From contig RHPI01000575.1 of assembly GCA_009103225.1 (NCBI GenBank), positions 103,224 through 167,223 on the forward strand: a stretch of 64,000 bases of DNA. Reading direction: 5' to 3'. Every line of letters begins with the position of its first letter. The stretch's first letter is position 1. This document shows positions 52,902 through 64,000 of the stretch, one piece after another. The translations under genes were made by a program, and so were the position numbers. Source of the DNA: Chlorokybus atmophyticus (lineage: Eukaryota; Plantae; Mesostigma and Chlorokybus algae). A model generated the notes under the pieces. That model ran no database searches, was not told the origin of the DNA, and saw only the letters and a list, made by a program, of their open reading frames with translations.

Positions 52902-53900
52902 GCACCTACAAGCATTTATGCTCGCCAATTGATGCGTCTGGCATTGGCCACGGATGCATGGGACGATACTGTGGGTGATATGAACGCTTTTAGACACTTC
53001 TATAATTGGACTACAGCTGGGTTGCAGACTTACAATGGCAATGCTCGGTGGAAGCCCTGTATACAGCTTGAGCTGCATGTAGACGCTTTGGGTACAATTG
53101 GTTGGGGGGCAACAGGACCTTGGCCTCGCATGGCGGGCAACTTCAAGCCTAAGCATATGTCACTGCCTTCGGCCGTCAAGGAGGCACTCGCTTAGGCGCA
53201 AGCATTTATTGAAGTAGAGCGCGCGCATGATCTTCAGCACTGTACAGTGCGCATTATGGGCGATTGTCAACCATCAATTCAAAATGCTGAACAAGATGTC
53301 TGCTTCTGAGCCTCATATGCTGCAAGCTTTACGTCAGCTGTGGTCTTTGTGCTGGGAGCGTGATATTGCGCTAACGTGTGTGTGGCGGTCGCGTGAGGAG
53401 CTGCGCGATGCGGATGCATTATCTAAGTTTATTGACTGAGGAGATTGGGCCTTGACCGCTGACGCAACCGCGCACGTACAACAGCATGTTGGACAATCAA
53501 CATTTGACTGTTTTACAGCTGATTGGAACAGCAAAGCGCCTGCTTAATTCAGTTATATACACATGCCTGGAAGTTTGGGAAATGCTCTAACTATAAACTG
53601 GCGCGATGTTCTTCAACGCTTGGGGGGCGGCGTTGTTTGATGTCACCCGCCATTGGCTCTCCTGCATGAAGCCATAGCATTATTGCAGTATTACCAGCTG
53701 CCAGCTATGGTGTTGGTGCCTAAATGGCATTTTGCTGTATGGTGGCTAGTGTTTCGCAATTGGCAATTCACTTATTATGAGAGATTATGCCCACGGCCGG
53801 AACGGTTTAAACGCGGTGACCGAGTATTCGGAAACAGCATCAACTCTGGACGCTACCCATACATTTGTGCTTTTGTGCATTGGGTAAGCGTACCTTTCGT
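52902..53900 (+). mobile_element. DIRS-group retrotransposon fragment: RT tether, RNase H and Dam-like (N6-adenine) MT domain, decayed
   Basis: LHVDALGTIGWGA, KEALA, IMGDC, VWRSREELRDADALSK (DIRS-type RNase H); then D*GDWAL, FDCFTADWNSK, INW, HPPLALL, VLVPKW..WW (DIRS MT signature). Confidence 0.75.
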
Positions 53901-53957
53901 GTAGGTAACGGTGCATGATGACAGCACTTCTCCATGTGCCTTGAGCTTGTATGTCTT

Positions 53958-54355
53958 CTAGAGTAACACCACACTGGCTAGCTGGAAGGCGCTCTCAGCG
54001 GCACCACGCCTGAACGAGTGCAACCCCAGGTGCGGCCTATATATGCCACACGCCTTGCAACAGTGCACAATCGCATGGTATGCACAGTTACCAGACGTGC
54101 TATGTTCTTCCCCCTTCAAACTATTCTTGGCAATTGGCCAAAGTAGAGGACCAGCGGTGATGGCAAAGGAGCTCCCGCGACAGTAGGTTGGATAGGCATA
54201 TAGTACTTCACAGAACTCCACAGGCAGACCATTGCTGCGCACTTGTATGCTGGGTGCGCCTCCAGTGCTGTAATTCTTGAGATGTGTTGCAGTGGTCGTC
54301 AGCCCTAAACCTGCCGCTTGTATCTCGTGCATCTATCAACGCGCACCTTCGCCAC
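53958..54355 (-). mobile_element. Tyrosine recombinase C-terminal fragment (antisense to RH/MT, kangaroo-like layout)
   Basis: GE..R**MHEI (RxxE region) cut by the LTR at 54355/54356; GPLLWP; GLHSFRRGAA (HxxR motif). Confidence 0.75.
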
Positions 54356-55244
54356 TGTCGTGCCTGCCATGGTCGAGGGCAACCTTGTCTCGGACAGGCT
54401 GCGGAGGAGTGCTAGTGCTGCACGCATGCTAGTGCCGTGCACTGCATTGGAGTCATGCAAACAAAAGACAACCCCCCAATCGTGGGCATAGGCTTGAAGA
54501 TGGGCCTACGCGATGTTTAGTGCAGTGGACGAGCCGATGCCGCTCGCCACCTTTGTGTACAGACTGTGTCGTAGTGCACACAGTCAACAAGCCACTACGA
54601 TAGGTAGTGCTGTGGACACAGTTCTTTGCATGAGTGGATACAATGATACACTGTTAAGTGAGGTGAATGAGTGTGCAACACGCGGATACAACACCCTGAC
54701 TACTGAAACAACACACCACCGACAAGCTCACAGCAATGACAGGCACAGCGCACAAGAGCATGCACCGTGTCTCACGCAGTAAGGGAATTCTTGGCAACCG
54801 GGGCAGCGTGCTTCCAGTTCAAGTCGCTTCACAAGCTCTTTAGAAACAGAGTCTTTACTTCTTAGTACTCCTAGTACTCACAGTACTCACTTACAGTGTC
54901 ACCAGCCAGTCTGGTGACGTGACTTCCTACTTATACATGTCAAATCATGACCGTGTAGTGCCACGCGGGCATTAGGCCAACGGTCACATCGAGGCCTCAT
55001 GCTATTTCGGAAATCTCCTAAGACTCGATATAGCACATGTGTTCTTAACAGACTTACAACTGCTCAGCTACGCGCGGTCCCTACAGACAGGTCTATAAAG
55101 TAGCCCTAGCTACATGCTACATGAGTGGTACGGTAGCTAGCAGTAGGCTGGGGCTCGCGCGGTCTTCATGCTGGTAGCCCGGGCGTGGGGCTGGGTGTAG
55201 GCATGCTTGAGAAGAACTGGCATGCGAGGGTAGATGGCATGACA
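54356..55244 (-). repeat. LTR copy 1 (889 bp) of Ty3-DNMT element B
   Basis: TGTCGTGCC...GGCATGACA termini (8/9 inverted match); direct repeat of 55247-56075 at offset 891; contains AGTACT x3 at 9-nt spacing (54864-54887). Confidence 0.8.
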
Positions 55245-55246
55245 GC

Positions 55247-56075
55247 TGTCGTGCCTGCCATGGTCGAGGGCAACCTTGTCTCGGACAGGCTGCGGAGGAG
55301 TGCTAGTGCTGCACGCATGCTAGTGCCGTGCACTGCATTGGAGTCATGCAAACAAAAGACAACCCCCCAATCGTGGGCATAGGCTTGAAGATGGGCCTAC
55401 GCGATGTTTAGTGCAGTGGACGAGCCGATGCCGCTCGCCACCTTTGTGTACAGACTGTGTCGTAGTGCACACAGTCAACAAGCCACTACGATAGGTAGTG
55501 CTGTGGACACAGTTCTTTGCATGAGTGGATACAATGATACACTGTTAAGTGAGGTGAATGAGTGTGCAACACGTGGATACAACACCCTGACTACTGAAAC
55601 AACACACCACCGACAAGCTCACAGCAATGACAGGCACAGCGCACAAGAGCATGCACCGTGTCTCACGCAGTAAGGGAATTCTTGGCAACCGGGGCAGCGT
55701 GCTTCCAGTTCAAGTCGCTTCACAAGCTCTTTAGAAACAGAGTCTTTACTTCTTAGTACTCCTAGTACTCACAGTACTCACTTACAGTGTCACCAGCCAG
55801 TCTGGTGACGTGACTTCCTACTTATACATGTCAAATCATGACCGTGCAGTGCCACGCGGGCATTAGGCCAACGGTCACATCGAGGCCTCATGCTATTTCG
55901 GAAATCTCCTAAGACTCGATATAGCACATGTGTTCTTAACAGACTTACAACTGATCAGCTACGCGCGGTCCCTACAGACAGGTCTATAAAGTAGCCCTAG
56001 CTACATGCTACATGAGTGGTACAGTAGCTAGCAGTAGGCTGGGGCTCGCGCGGTCTTCATGCTGGTAGCCCGGGC
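55247..56075 (-). repeat. LTR copy 2 (3' LTR of B); last ~60 bp hidden in the gap
   Basis: At least 4 substitutions versus copy 1 over 829 bp (54683/55574, 54956/55847, 55063/55954, 55132/56023); separated from copy 1 by GC. Confidence 0.8.
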
Positions 56076-58984
56076 NNNNNNNNNNNNNNNNNNNNNNNNN
56101 NNNNNNNNNNNNNNNNNNNNNNNNNNNNNNNNNNNNNNNNNNNNNNNNNNNNNNNNNNNNNNNNNNNNNNNNNNNNNNNNNNNNNNNNNNNNNNNNNNNN
56201 NNNNNNNNNNNNNNNNNNNNNNNNNNNNNNNNNNNNNNNNNNNNNNNNNNNNNNNNNNNNNNNNNNNNNNNNNNNNNNNNNNNNNNNNNAACAGTAGATA
56301 GTATGGGCTGTACTCTCGCAGGGCTGCCTGCTTTGACAGCCGGTAGCCCATTGCTACCCATGGGAGGTGATCATCCCAGGTATTCTTCTTGTAGGCGAGG
56401 ACGTACTTGCGCAGTGCCTTTTTGATGGTCTGCACGGTACGCTCGGCGAGGCCGGCCTGTGGGTGGTCGCGTGAGGTGCGACGGTGGTCGATGAAGCATC
56501 TGTCGATAAGCTTGTCGAAGGCTCCTCTGAACTCCGTGCCCTGGTCGTTGATGACTTCAGCACAGCTGCCGAAGCGTCCGAGTACATGGGAGAGGAAAGC
56601 CTGGGCTACTCCCTCACTGCTCTTGTCGGGCAGGGGCACCAGCTCCACCCACTTGGAGAAGTGCTCGATCATGACGAGGATGTAGCGGTTGCCTCGCGCT
56701 GAGGGCGCTAGGTCTCCGAGGATGTCCAGTCCCCAGCGGTAGAACAACCCGGAAATGGGAAGGGGATGCAAGGTGGCATTGCGCGTATTGAGGCTGGCGC
56801 GAACCATGTCACACTGCTGACAGTTGCTGACGAACTCCCTCACCTGTCTGTGCACCCCATACCACCAGTACTGGGTCATGACCAGGCTGACCGTGCGCTT
56901 GACACCGAAGTGCCCGAGCTCGGTGTGAAGGGAGGAGATGATGCCTTCACGTGCAGCTGGTGTGGGGACCTCCTGATCTGCATCTTGTATCCGTCGATAC
57001 AGCCTGTCGTTGGCCCAGCGGTAACGCTGAGTGCGTTGTCGGACGCGGTCCTTCTCGCGTACGCTCATGCCTGCTGGAAGTTGTCCAGTCTGAAGCAGTG
57101 CGAGCGATGGCTCGTCCAACCAGATGTCTTGTCGTGTGTCGGTGGGTGCCAGCTCCTCATCATCCACCTCAGGGTCGGCAGCGATTGCTTCTTCTGATAA
57201 AGGATCGGTGGTGGTGATGGCGGGCTCGAGAGCGGGCATGTCCCCGTCTGCTGCTGCCTCAGCGATCTGAGTCCTGCGTCCTGAGTGTAGCGCAGCGACA
57301 GCGAACATGGTGGCCACACCTGCAGGTGCAGCTGTAGGACCCAACGCATGTCGGGCGCCTGTGGCGTCGTTGGTGCTGAGGTGGGGGTTACGGCTGAGGC
57401 CATCCGCATCCTGGTTGGCAAGGCCTGCGCGGTGTTCCACCTCGAAGTCGTACTCCTGGAGCAGCAGCGCCCATCGTGCTAACTTTCCTGTCAAGTGCTG
57501 GTTGTTCATTAGCCACTTGAGGGGTTGATGGTCAGTGACCAGTTGGAACTGCCGTCCAAACAGAAAGGGTCGGAAGAAGGAGATGGCCCACACTGCGGCG
57601 AGACACTCCCCTTCGTAACTGCTGTAGTTGGCCTCAGCACTGTTGTTGCTGCGGCTGGCGTACGACACTACGCGCTCCTTCTTGTTGTTGTCGTGCTGTA
57701 CGAGCACGGCCCCCATGCCGAGCTTGCTCCAGTCTGTGTGCAGGATGAACGACCTGGTGTAGTCAGGGCGTTGCAGAATGGGAGCTGTGGTGAGGCGGAG
57801 CTTTTGTTCCTGAAAGGCCTCCTGTTGTGCCTCCTTCCACAAGAACTCGGTGTCCGTCTTCAGTAGTTCGTTGAGAGGCCTTGCGATCTTGGCAAAGTCT
57901 TTGACAAACCGTCGGTAATAGTTGGCAAGGCCGAGGAAGGCCCGCAGCCGCGTGAGGTCTGTGGGGGCAGGGATAGCCACCAGTGCCTCCACTTTGGCCT
58001 GCTGTACGTACACACCATGGGGCACAATCATGTGTCCTAGGTAGGGTACCTTGTGGGTGAAGAAGGTGCACTTGTCAGGGTGCACCGTCATCCCGACTTC
58101 CTTCAGCCTCTGTAGCACCTCTTCGATGTGCTGGAGATGCTCCTCATTGCTGTGACTGAAGATGAGGACGTCGTCGATGTAGCAGCGTGCGAAGTCCAAC
58201 CCCTTGAGGGCTTTGTCCATGACGCGCTGGAACTTGGCCGGAGCGTTCTTGAGCCCGAAGGGCATGACCTTCCACTGGTACAGCTGCCGGTTTCCCCAAA
58301 AGGAAGTCTTGTGCTTGTCCTCCTCCTTGATGGCGATCTGGTTGTACCCTTGGCGCATATCCAAGATGCTAAAGACCGTGCATTCTCCTACATCGTCAAA
58401 GATGCCTTCTGCGGTAGGCATTGGATACCGGTCCTGCTTGGTCTTGTTGTTGAGGGGGCGATAGTCGCCACACATGCGCCGGTCTGTCCAGTTGCCTGCT
58501 GAATCTTTCTTCAGGGGCATGACGGTCGCGGCCGCAAAGTCCGTTGTGGACTCCTCGATCAGGCCTGCATCTAACAGCGCCTTGCACCTCTGTTCCACCA
58601 AATCTTCTTCTAGCTTGGAGAGGCGGTACTGTCTTCTGAACACCGATTCGGCGTCCACTAGTTCAATGTCCATCTGGTATGCTGAGCAGATGCCCAGCTC
58701 CTTCACACTGAAGCTGAATTGGCTCCTCCACTTGTTGAGGAGAGCCTCGAGTTGCTCTCGAGTCTGGCCTGTGGCCAGCGGTCCAATGGCGTGGGACCAC
58801 GAGGTAGCGTTGGCGACCACTGGAATGTCTTCCACAGTGACTGCTGCCTGCTCCTCCATGTGGGCGGTCTCGAGGGCGGTGTGTGCTGCTTTGGTCTCTG
58901 AAAAGCGAGCAATCCACCCCCCAGCCAGGTGTTCGAGCTCCTGGAAGGACACATGGCGGTCCTGGAGAGCAAAGCACATTTCCA

Positions 58985-59924
58985 AGTACCACACCATGCT
59001 GTTCTGATCCATGGCGCGTCCTAACAACTGACATTGTTGACTGGTTGTCAGCGTGGAGCCTGAAATGCTGCCTGGAAAGAATCCCATAGCACGCTCGCGC
59101 TCACGAGCGTTGGGTTCTTCAAGCTGTTCAGTGTTGGAGTCTAACACCATGCCGTCGCCTGCATTGCGGAACGCGTAGGAGCCTGGATAGGATACAAGTG
59201 TGGGTAGCGCGCGGCGCGGCTGATCAGGCTGGTTGCACTGGTAGAAGTGGTGGTGGTCAAGGCGTGTGACTGGTTGCGCTGTGCGTCCAGGGTCCAGGAT
59301 GTCATCGACGACGAGATTTCGTGGCCGATTGCTGTATAGGTACTCTGCCAGAAACAGGTCTTCCACAATGGCCAGGTTGGTCCACTTGGCGCGGACGCGG
59401 TGTGCACGAGATCCATGACGCGCGGCATTGATTTTGAGAGGATGCCCCAGCAAGGAGCATACTTGCCGATAGGCCTTGGCGACGTGATGCCGCTTGTCAT
59501 CCTCGGAGTGCACATTCTCGATGATGTACCCCAAGGGCCTAGCGATCTGACTGGTCTGTAGGAGTTTGATGACTCTTATTAGCTCCCAGAACAGCTATGA
59601 GCGAGGATCAGAGAGCCCTTGGCCTCTGCCTGCCCTGGAGTGCCCTTGACACTCCCATCCTGCTATCAGCAGGTCAATGTTGCCGACTGCCTGTAGGTGA
59701 TCCTTGGTAATCCAGCGGATGTCCTGCGGTAGAGCCTTCTGGCTCCCTTGCAGTGCCGACAGTGGTAGCTGCTGCGGGTAACGCTGGTGCAGCTGTCGTA
59801 AATGATGGCTCAGAGCCTCCTGTGCATGAGGGTCAGGGTCACAGTAGAGATACTTGGTGACTGTTGTTCCTGTGTTGAGGACAGCCGCAAGCCCACTGCC
59901 TATGCCTCCGAACAGCTCCAGCAC
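58985..59924 (-). CDS. DNMT3-like C5-cytosine methyltransferase domain within the pol polyprotein of B
   Basis: Motif I VLELFGGIGSG, IV DLLIAGWECQGHS, VI YIIENV, VIII AHRVRAKWTN, IX/X ERERAMGFFPG...QLLGRAMDQ; one TAG at 59595. Confidence 0.9.
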
Positions 59925-62900
59925 GGTGATGCCTTGTTGTCGGCGGAACATGTGGAACTCCACAACTCCCGTAGCTATGTGGTACTGCTCCTGCACTGTA
60001 GCCTGGTCTTTGTAGACAGGGAAGTGTGCAGTGAGCTGAGGCCTGGTTATCAGCATGTGTGCTGCTACTTGTGCGCTCCAGCGACGCTCGGATGGCTCCT
60101 GAAAGGCCACTTCTTTGTTGACAGTCTCCTGAGACTCATCGTACGGTGTAGGAGAGTCCTTTTCAGCGTTTAGGCTCGGGCTCGAGCTTGTTGCAGTTGT
60201 CCTTGGCTGCGTTTGGGCACGAGGCACACGTGAGCGTTTTGTAGAACTGTAGGTGGCTGCTGCGGCCAATCTTCGTTGCGAGCGGGCCTTGGCCACCAGT
60301 TTGAGAGGTAGGAATCCCTGCTCCTCTCCATCATCCTCATCCCAATGCGGTCGAAACCATGCCTGCTCAGTCCAGCAGTCCAGCCCCATGCCGACAGGGA
60401 AGTTGCAGTCCTGTCCCAACAGTAGGTCAAAGGACCCGGCATCGGTGGCCACACACCTTTGTACAATCTCGGTGCTGTGGGAAGGGTTTAGTCCGGTGAG
60501 GCGGATGCTCACAGCTTGCTTGGTAAGGCCGAGTACCTTGTCGCGGTTGCCGGTTGCGGTGTCCAGCTGGTAGGGACAGGGAAGCAGCTCAGCGCTGGTG
60601 ATGCCGAGATCTCGTGCGAGATAGCGCCCAATGATGACAGGCTGTGCTCCAGTGTCCAGCATCATGCGTTTGGGTGCCCGCCCATTGACGGTCACGTGCT
60701 TGCCTTGGTTGGCGATCATGGCTGCATTGGCTTTGATGCGCAGCCTCTTGAAGCGACGGAACCTCTTGCGTGGAGAGACTGTTGCTTTACTCTCATCTGT
60801 GGGGCCTGACCGTAGGGCAGCCAGGGCTCCTTTGCATGCTGGATCTTGTGGGCCTCCTTGTCCTCGGCTTTGTCCAAACCGTCCTTGTCGCGGTTGCTGG
60901 TACACGCGTGGTGGCCTAGGCACTGGAGGTGCTGCTGCAACCTGTTCAAGTGGAGGTGCAGGAGGGTTGACCCTCTGTGCAACTGTTGTCATGCCAGGAG
61001 GAGTGGCCAGTGGCTGTGGCGGGAACCCTAAAGGACCTGGTGTTTGCGGGACTGCCTCTCGTGCAGCCTGCTCATCTGCATAGGTCCATCGCACAGCATG
61101 GGCTGCCTCTCTGACTAGTGTACCTTCCCATGTCGCCGTCGCATTGTTGTCCAAGTCTATATAGCGATGGTTCTGAGGCATGGGCTGCAGGTACACTGCG
61201 CGTAGGAGCCGCGCCCTCATGTCGTGAGTGATGGTGGGCACCCTGAGGATCCCTGCCATGTAAGCATCCCATCTGCCGTTGACCACTCCCACTTCCAGCA
61301 CTGTTATTGCTCATGTGCGTACAGTGAGGCGGGTCTCTGGCTGTTGGACATGCTGCTCGTAAGCAGCGGCGACGCGCCTGCGCTGACGTCCTGCCTCCAC
61401 TCCTGGCAAACTCAGTATCGCCTCCAGAGCTCCCTCCAGAGTGTCGGTGGCGGCGGAAGCCACTTCATCATAGGCTTGCCGTATGGAGCGAAGGAATGCG
61501 TCCACCTACGCTATTCTGGCGCCGAAAGCGAACAACGGGACTGCGGGATGGTTGGTGACCAGCCACGTCACTAACCGTGCGCGTGCCGCGTTGCCATTGT
61601 CTCGCATCCCAAGCATCTGCCGGAGTCGATGCCTTCTTGACGATGCAGCATGGTTGCTTGTCGCAACAGAGCAGTGCGTAGTTGTTGCTCTCCAACCAGT
61701 CCTGCTCCATCTCTTTGTGTACACCCTTGTGGTGTAAGGTAGCCCTTCCCTGGCTCCCTTTGTTCCTCAGGTAGATCCTCCACCAGCGCAGGCAGCAACG
61801 AGGCGATCACCCCCCTGGTTTGTTGAGCCAACGCCCTCGCTTGGTCAGAGTTGATCTCGACGAAGAGCGGAGTGGTGCTGGAGGATGGACCAGCAGTTGG
61901 TGACTGAGGTATTGGTGCACGTGTAGCTTCAAGAGCTTGCTCACGTGCAGCAATGGCGGCAGCTTGATCCTGTCGCCAATGATATGCTTGTTCCAGTGCG
62001 TGGTAGCGCTGATGAAGACGAGCGGTTGTAGGAGGTCCGAGTGCTTCATCAGTGCCCAAAGGCAGGTCGGCTGCGTCGGCGATGCGCTGCTGGACGGCGT
62101 CTCGGCGGTCCCGATACGTGTCCAACGGGCTGGGTTCAAAGGTGGTGGTTGGCATGCGTGCAGGCTGGCGCGGGGCGGTCTGCATGTTGTTGTGCAACGC
62201 CCAGAACAGCTGCAGAGCCAACTCCAACACTACGAATGGGCTGTAGCTGATCAAAAACACCCTGTCACGCATCGGAGGTGCAGTGCCAGCAAGGATCTCA
62301 TCTTCTAACTGGTGTTGAGTGAGTGCTGGAAGGGTGTGAACCTCTGGTAGCGGGAAGACGCGATCATTGCGGGCGACACGCGTGGTGCGCTCCCCCCCCC
62401 GACCGAAGGCGATGGTAGTGGGGTCTGCTCAGCGCAGGATGGTTTCCCATGCTCGTTCAGCTTGCTGACCAGTTGGGACAGCCTGAGTGACGTCGAGAGC
62501 GGGCAGAATGGCTGCGCGCGTCGCTGCAGAGACAGCGGGCTCGACGATGGCCATTGTGGCACTTGCGACGGTATCGGTCGGTGGTGCGAGAGTTGTCTCA
62601 ACGCCTACGGACAGAGGCACTGCTGCAGTGGGAAGTGCACCGCCCACTGGTGCAGATTCGGTAGTGATGGCGGCTGCTGCCAGTGTGCTCACCAGCGTCG
62701 GCGTCACGGTGCCCACCGGTGTACCAGGTTGTGGTGCAACTGGAGTGGGTACTGCTGACGTTGGTGGAGTCGACGTTGTAGCCGGTGTGGCTGTTGCTGC
62801 GGAGGCAGCACCACTGGTGGCTTCGGAGGAGGTGCCTGCTGATGTTGTTGCAGCTTCCCCTCGTGCTCGTCGTGATGGTTGCACGCGGGACGGAGTGTTC

Positions 62901-63169
62901 CTGTCTCTCTCGCGTTTTGCAGCCATCAGCGCCCATCGGGCCGTGTAGCAGGCGCGGTAGTCCTGCTCCTTGTCTTCCTCCAAGCGTGCCATACGTGCCA
63001 TGAGGGCTGCTATATGGTCATCAGCTGGTGGGTTGGCTGAAGCCTTGGCGGCAACAGCAACAGCGCGCGGACGTGTCTCTGGTCCCTTACGCTGAGGAGG
63101 TCTGTTCTTCCCCCTGTAGCCTTGCTCTTCCTTGCGAACACTGGCGTTGTTGTTGTTGTTGTTGTTGCC

Positions 63170-63320
63170 ACCAGCGTTGTTGCTGTTGTGGGCTCCAGTG
63201 TTGTTGCTATTGTAGCCACTGAAGTGGTTGCCAGTGTGGCCCCCAGTGTTGTTGCTGCTGTAGCCACTGAAGTTGTTGCCAGTGTGGCCCCCGGTGTTGT
63301 TGCTGTTGTAGCCACCGAGG
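63170..63320 (-). repeat. 39-nt (13-aa) Asn/Gly/Ser repeat in gag
   Basis: GYNSNNTGGHTGNNFSGYSSNNTGGHTGNHFSGYNSNNTGAHNSNN. Confidence 0.85.
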
Positions 63321-64000
63321 TAGTTGTGGTTGTAGCTGTTTGCGGGCCTCAACTCTGGGAACTTGAGCCAGCAGACTGACTCCAAATGACCAGTCTTGTG
63401 ACAGTGGTCGCAAACCAAAGTTGAGTATTCTTCGGTGCACTCCTTTTGGTAGTGCCCATGCCGTCCACAGCGATGACACAGCACAAGGGCAGCAAGTGCA
63501 TCATGAGCTGACCGTTTCCCTTTGTCGCGTGCTGGTGGAGCTTCCCGGCCACGGTCGCGGCGAAGAGGCTCAGTTGTCGTGCTGACTACAGGCCGTACGG
63601 CGCTGCGGTTGGTGTCCAGCACTGCCTTCTCATACACCAAGCGCTTGTGGATGGCTTGTGCAGTCTCGAAGGCTTCTTTGAGGGTGTAGCCAAGGGGCCT
63701 GCTGTAGTTCAGAGTCAGGCGTGTCGACTCGCTCAGAGCAGCATCCAACTCATTGACGTATATCACTGCAGCAGCCTCCTCACTGACAATCTTGTAGTCA
63801 GTGTCCTTCAGCAGACCTTCCAGTCTGGAGTACAAGCGGAGGGGATCCTCATTGGGCTTGCGTCGGAAGCGTCTCAGCTCCTCAACCTTGCTGGTGGTCT
63901 GAGGAGGGAAGGTACGGCGCAGGGCAGCGTACAGGTCCTTGAGTGGAGAATCAGAGATGGCAGCACCTACGGTGATGGCTGGTGCGCGCAGTGCTACTGA

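Larger units (their letters stand above)
56290..64000 (-). mobile_element. Ty3/Gypsy-DNMT retrotransposon B internal region: gag - unknown domain - protease - DNMT - RT - RNase H - integrase (5' end outside window)
   Basis: gag knuckles CHRCGRHGHYQKEC and CDHCHKTGHLESVC; protease MLDTGAQ (about 60641-60669); RT MPFGLKNAP, CYIDD (58170-58181); RH LHTDWS, YEGECLA, VTDHQPL; IN HTELGH..CQQC, GLDILG, INDQGTEF, LAER. Restoring stops at 62429, 61506, 61311, 59595 and one frameshift near 61630 gives a single gag-pol frame. Confidence 0.95.

Noticed and set aside
54335-54355. TGGCGAAGG as a PBS next to the left LTR
   Set aside because: I could not match it to a tRNA 3' end, and the same bases fit the recombinase RxxE region; treated as target DNA.
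54513-55673. Duplicated 89-aa ORFs (54513-54782, 55404-55673)
   Set aside because: They lie inside the LTRs and have no recognisable motifs.
56028-56075. Integrase C-terminus ARATSMKTARAPAYC
   Set aside because: The ORF caller read across the N gap into LTR sequence.

Overview
Intron-rich eukaryotic nuclear DNA, most likely a green alga (a plastid-targeted SppA is present; a streptophyte alga is a guess). 1-21.6 kb holds host genes: a Cys-rich single-pass membrane protein, an aldo-keto reductase, an ABHD11-like hydrolase, SppA, an F-box/LRR-like ORF and a secreted galaxin-like repeat protein. The rest is mostly transposable elements: a full-length decayed L1-type LINE with a candidate TSD, and a 5.36-kb direct duplication carrying a sulfotransferase that may be an assembly artefact. 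Two copies of a non-autonomous TIR element are present, one carrying a 185-bp TG..CA micro-LTR insertion with a 5-bp TSD. There is also a Penelope-like RT fragment and a DIRS/kangaroo-like fragment. The main result is two diverged Ty3/Gypsy retrotransposons that each encode a DNMT3-like cytosine-5 methyltransferase between protease and RT. The minus-strand copy ends in two tandem ~889-bp LTRs separated by 2 nt and is inserted in a tyrosine-recombinase gene. Exon structures and alignments were read by eye; no searches were run.
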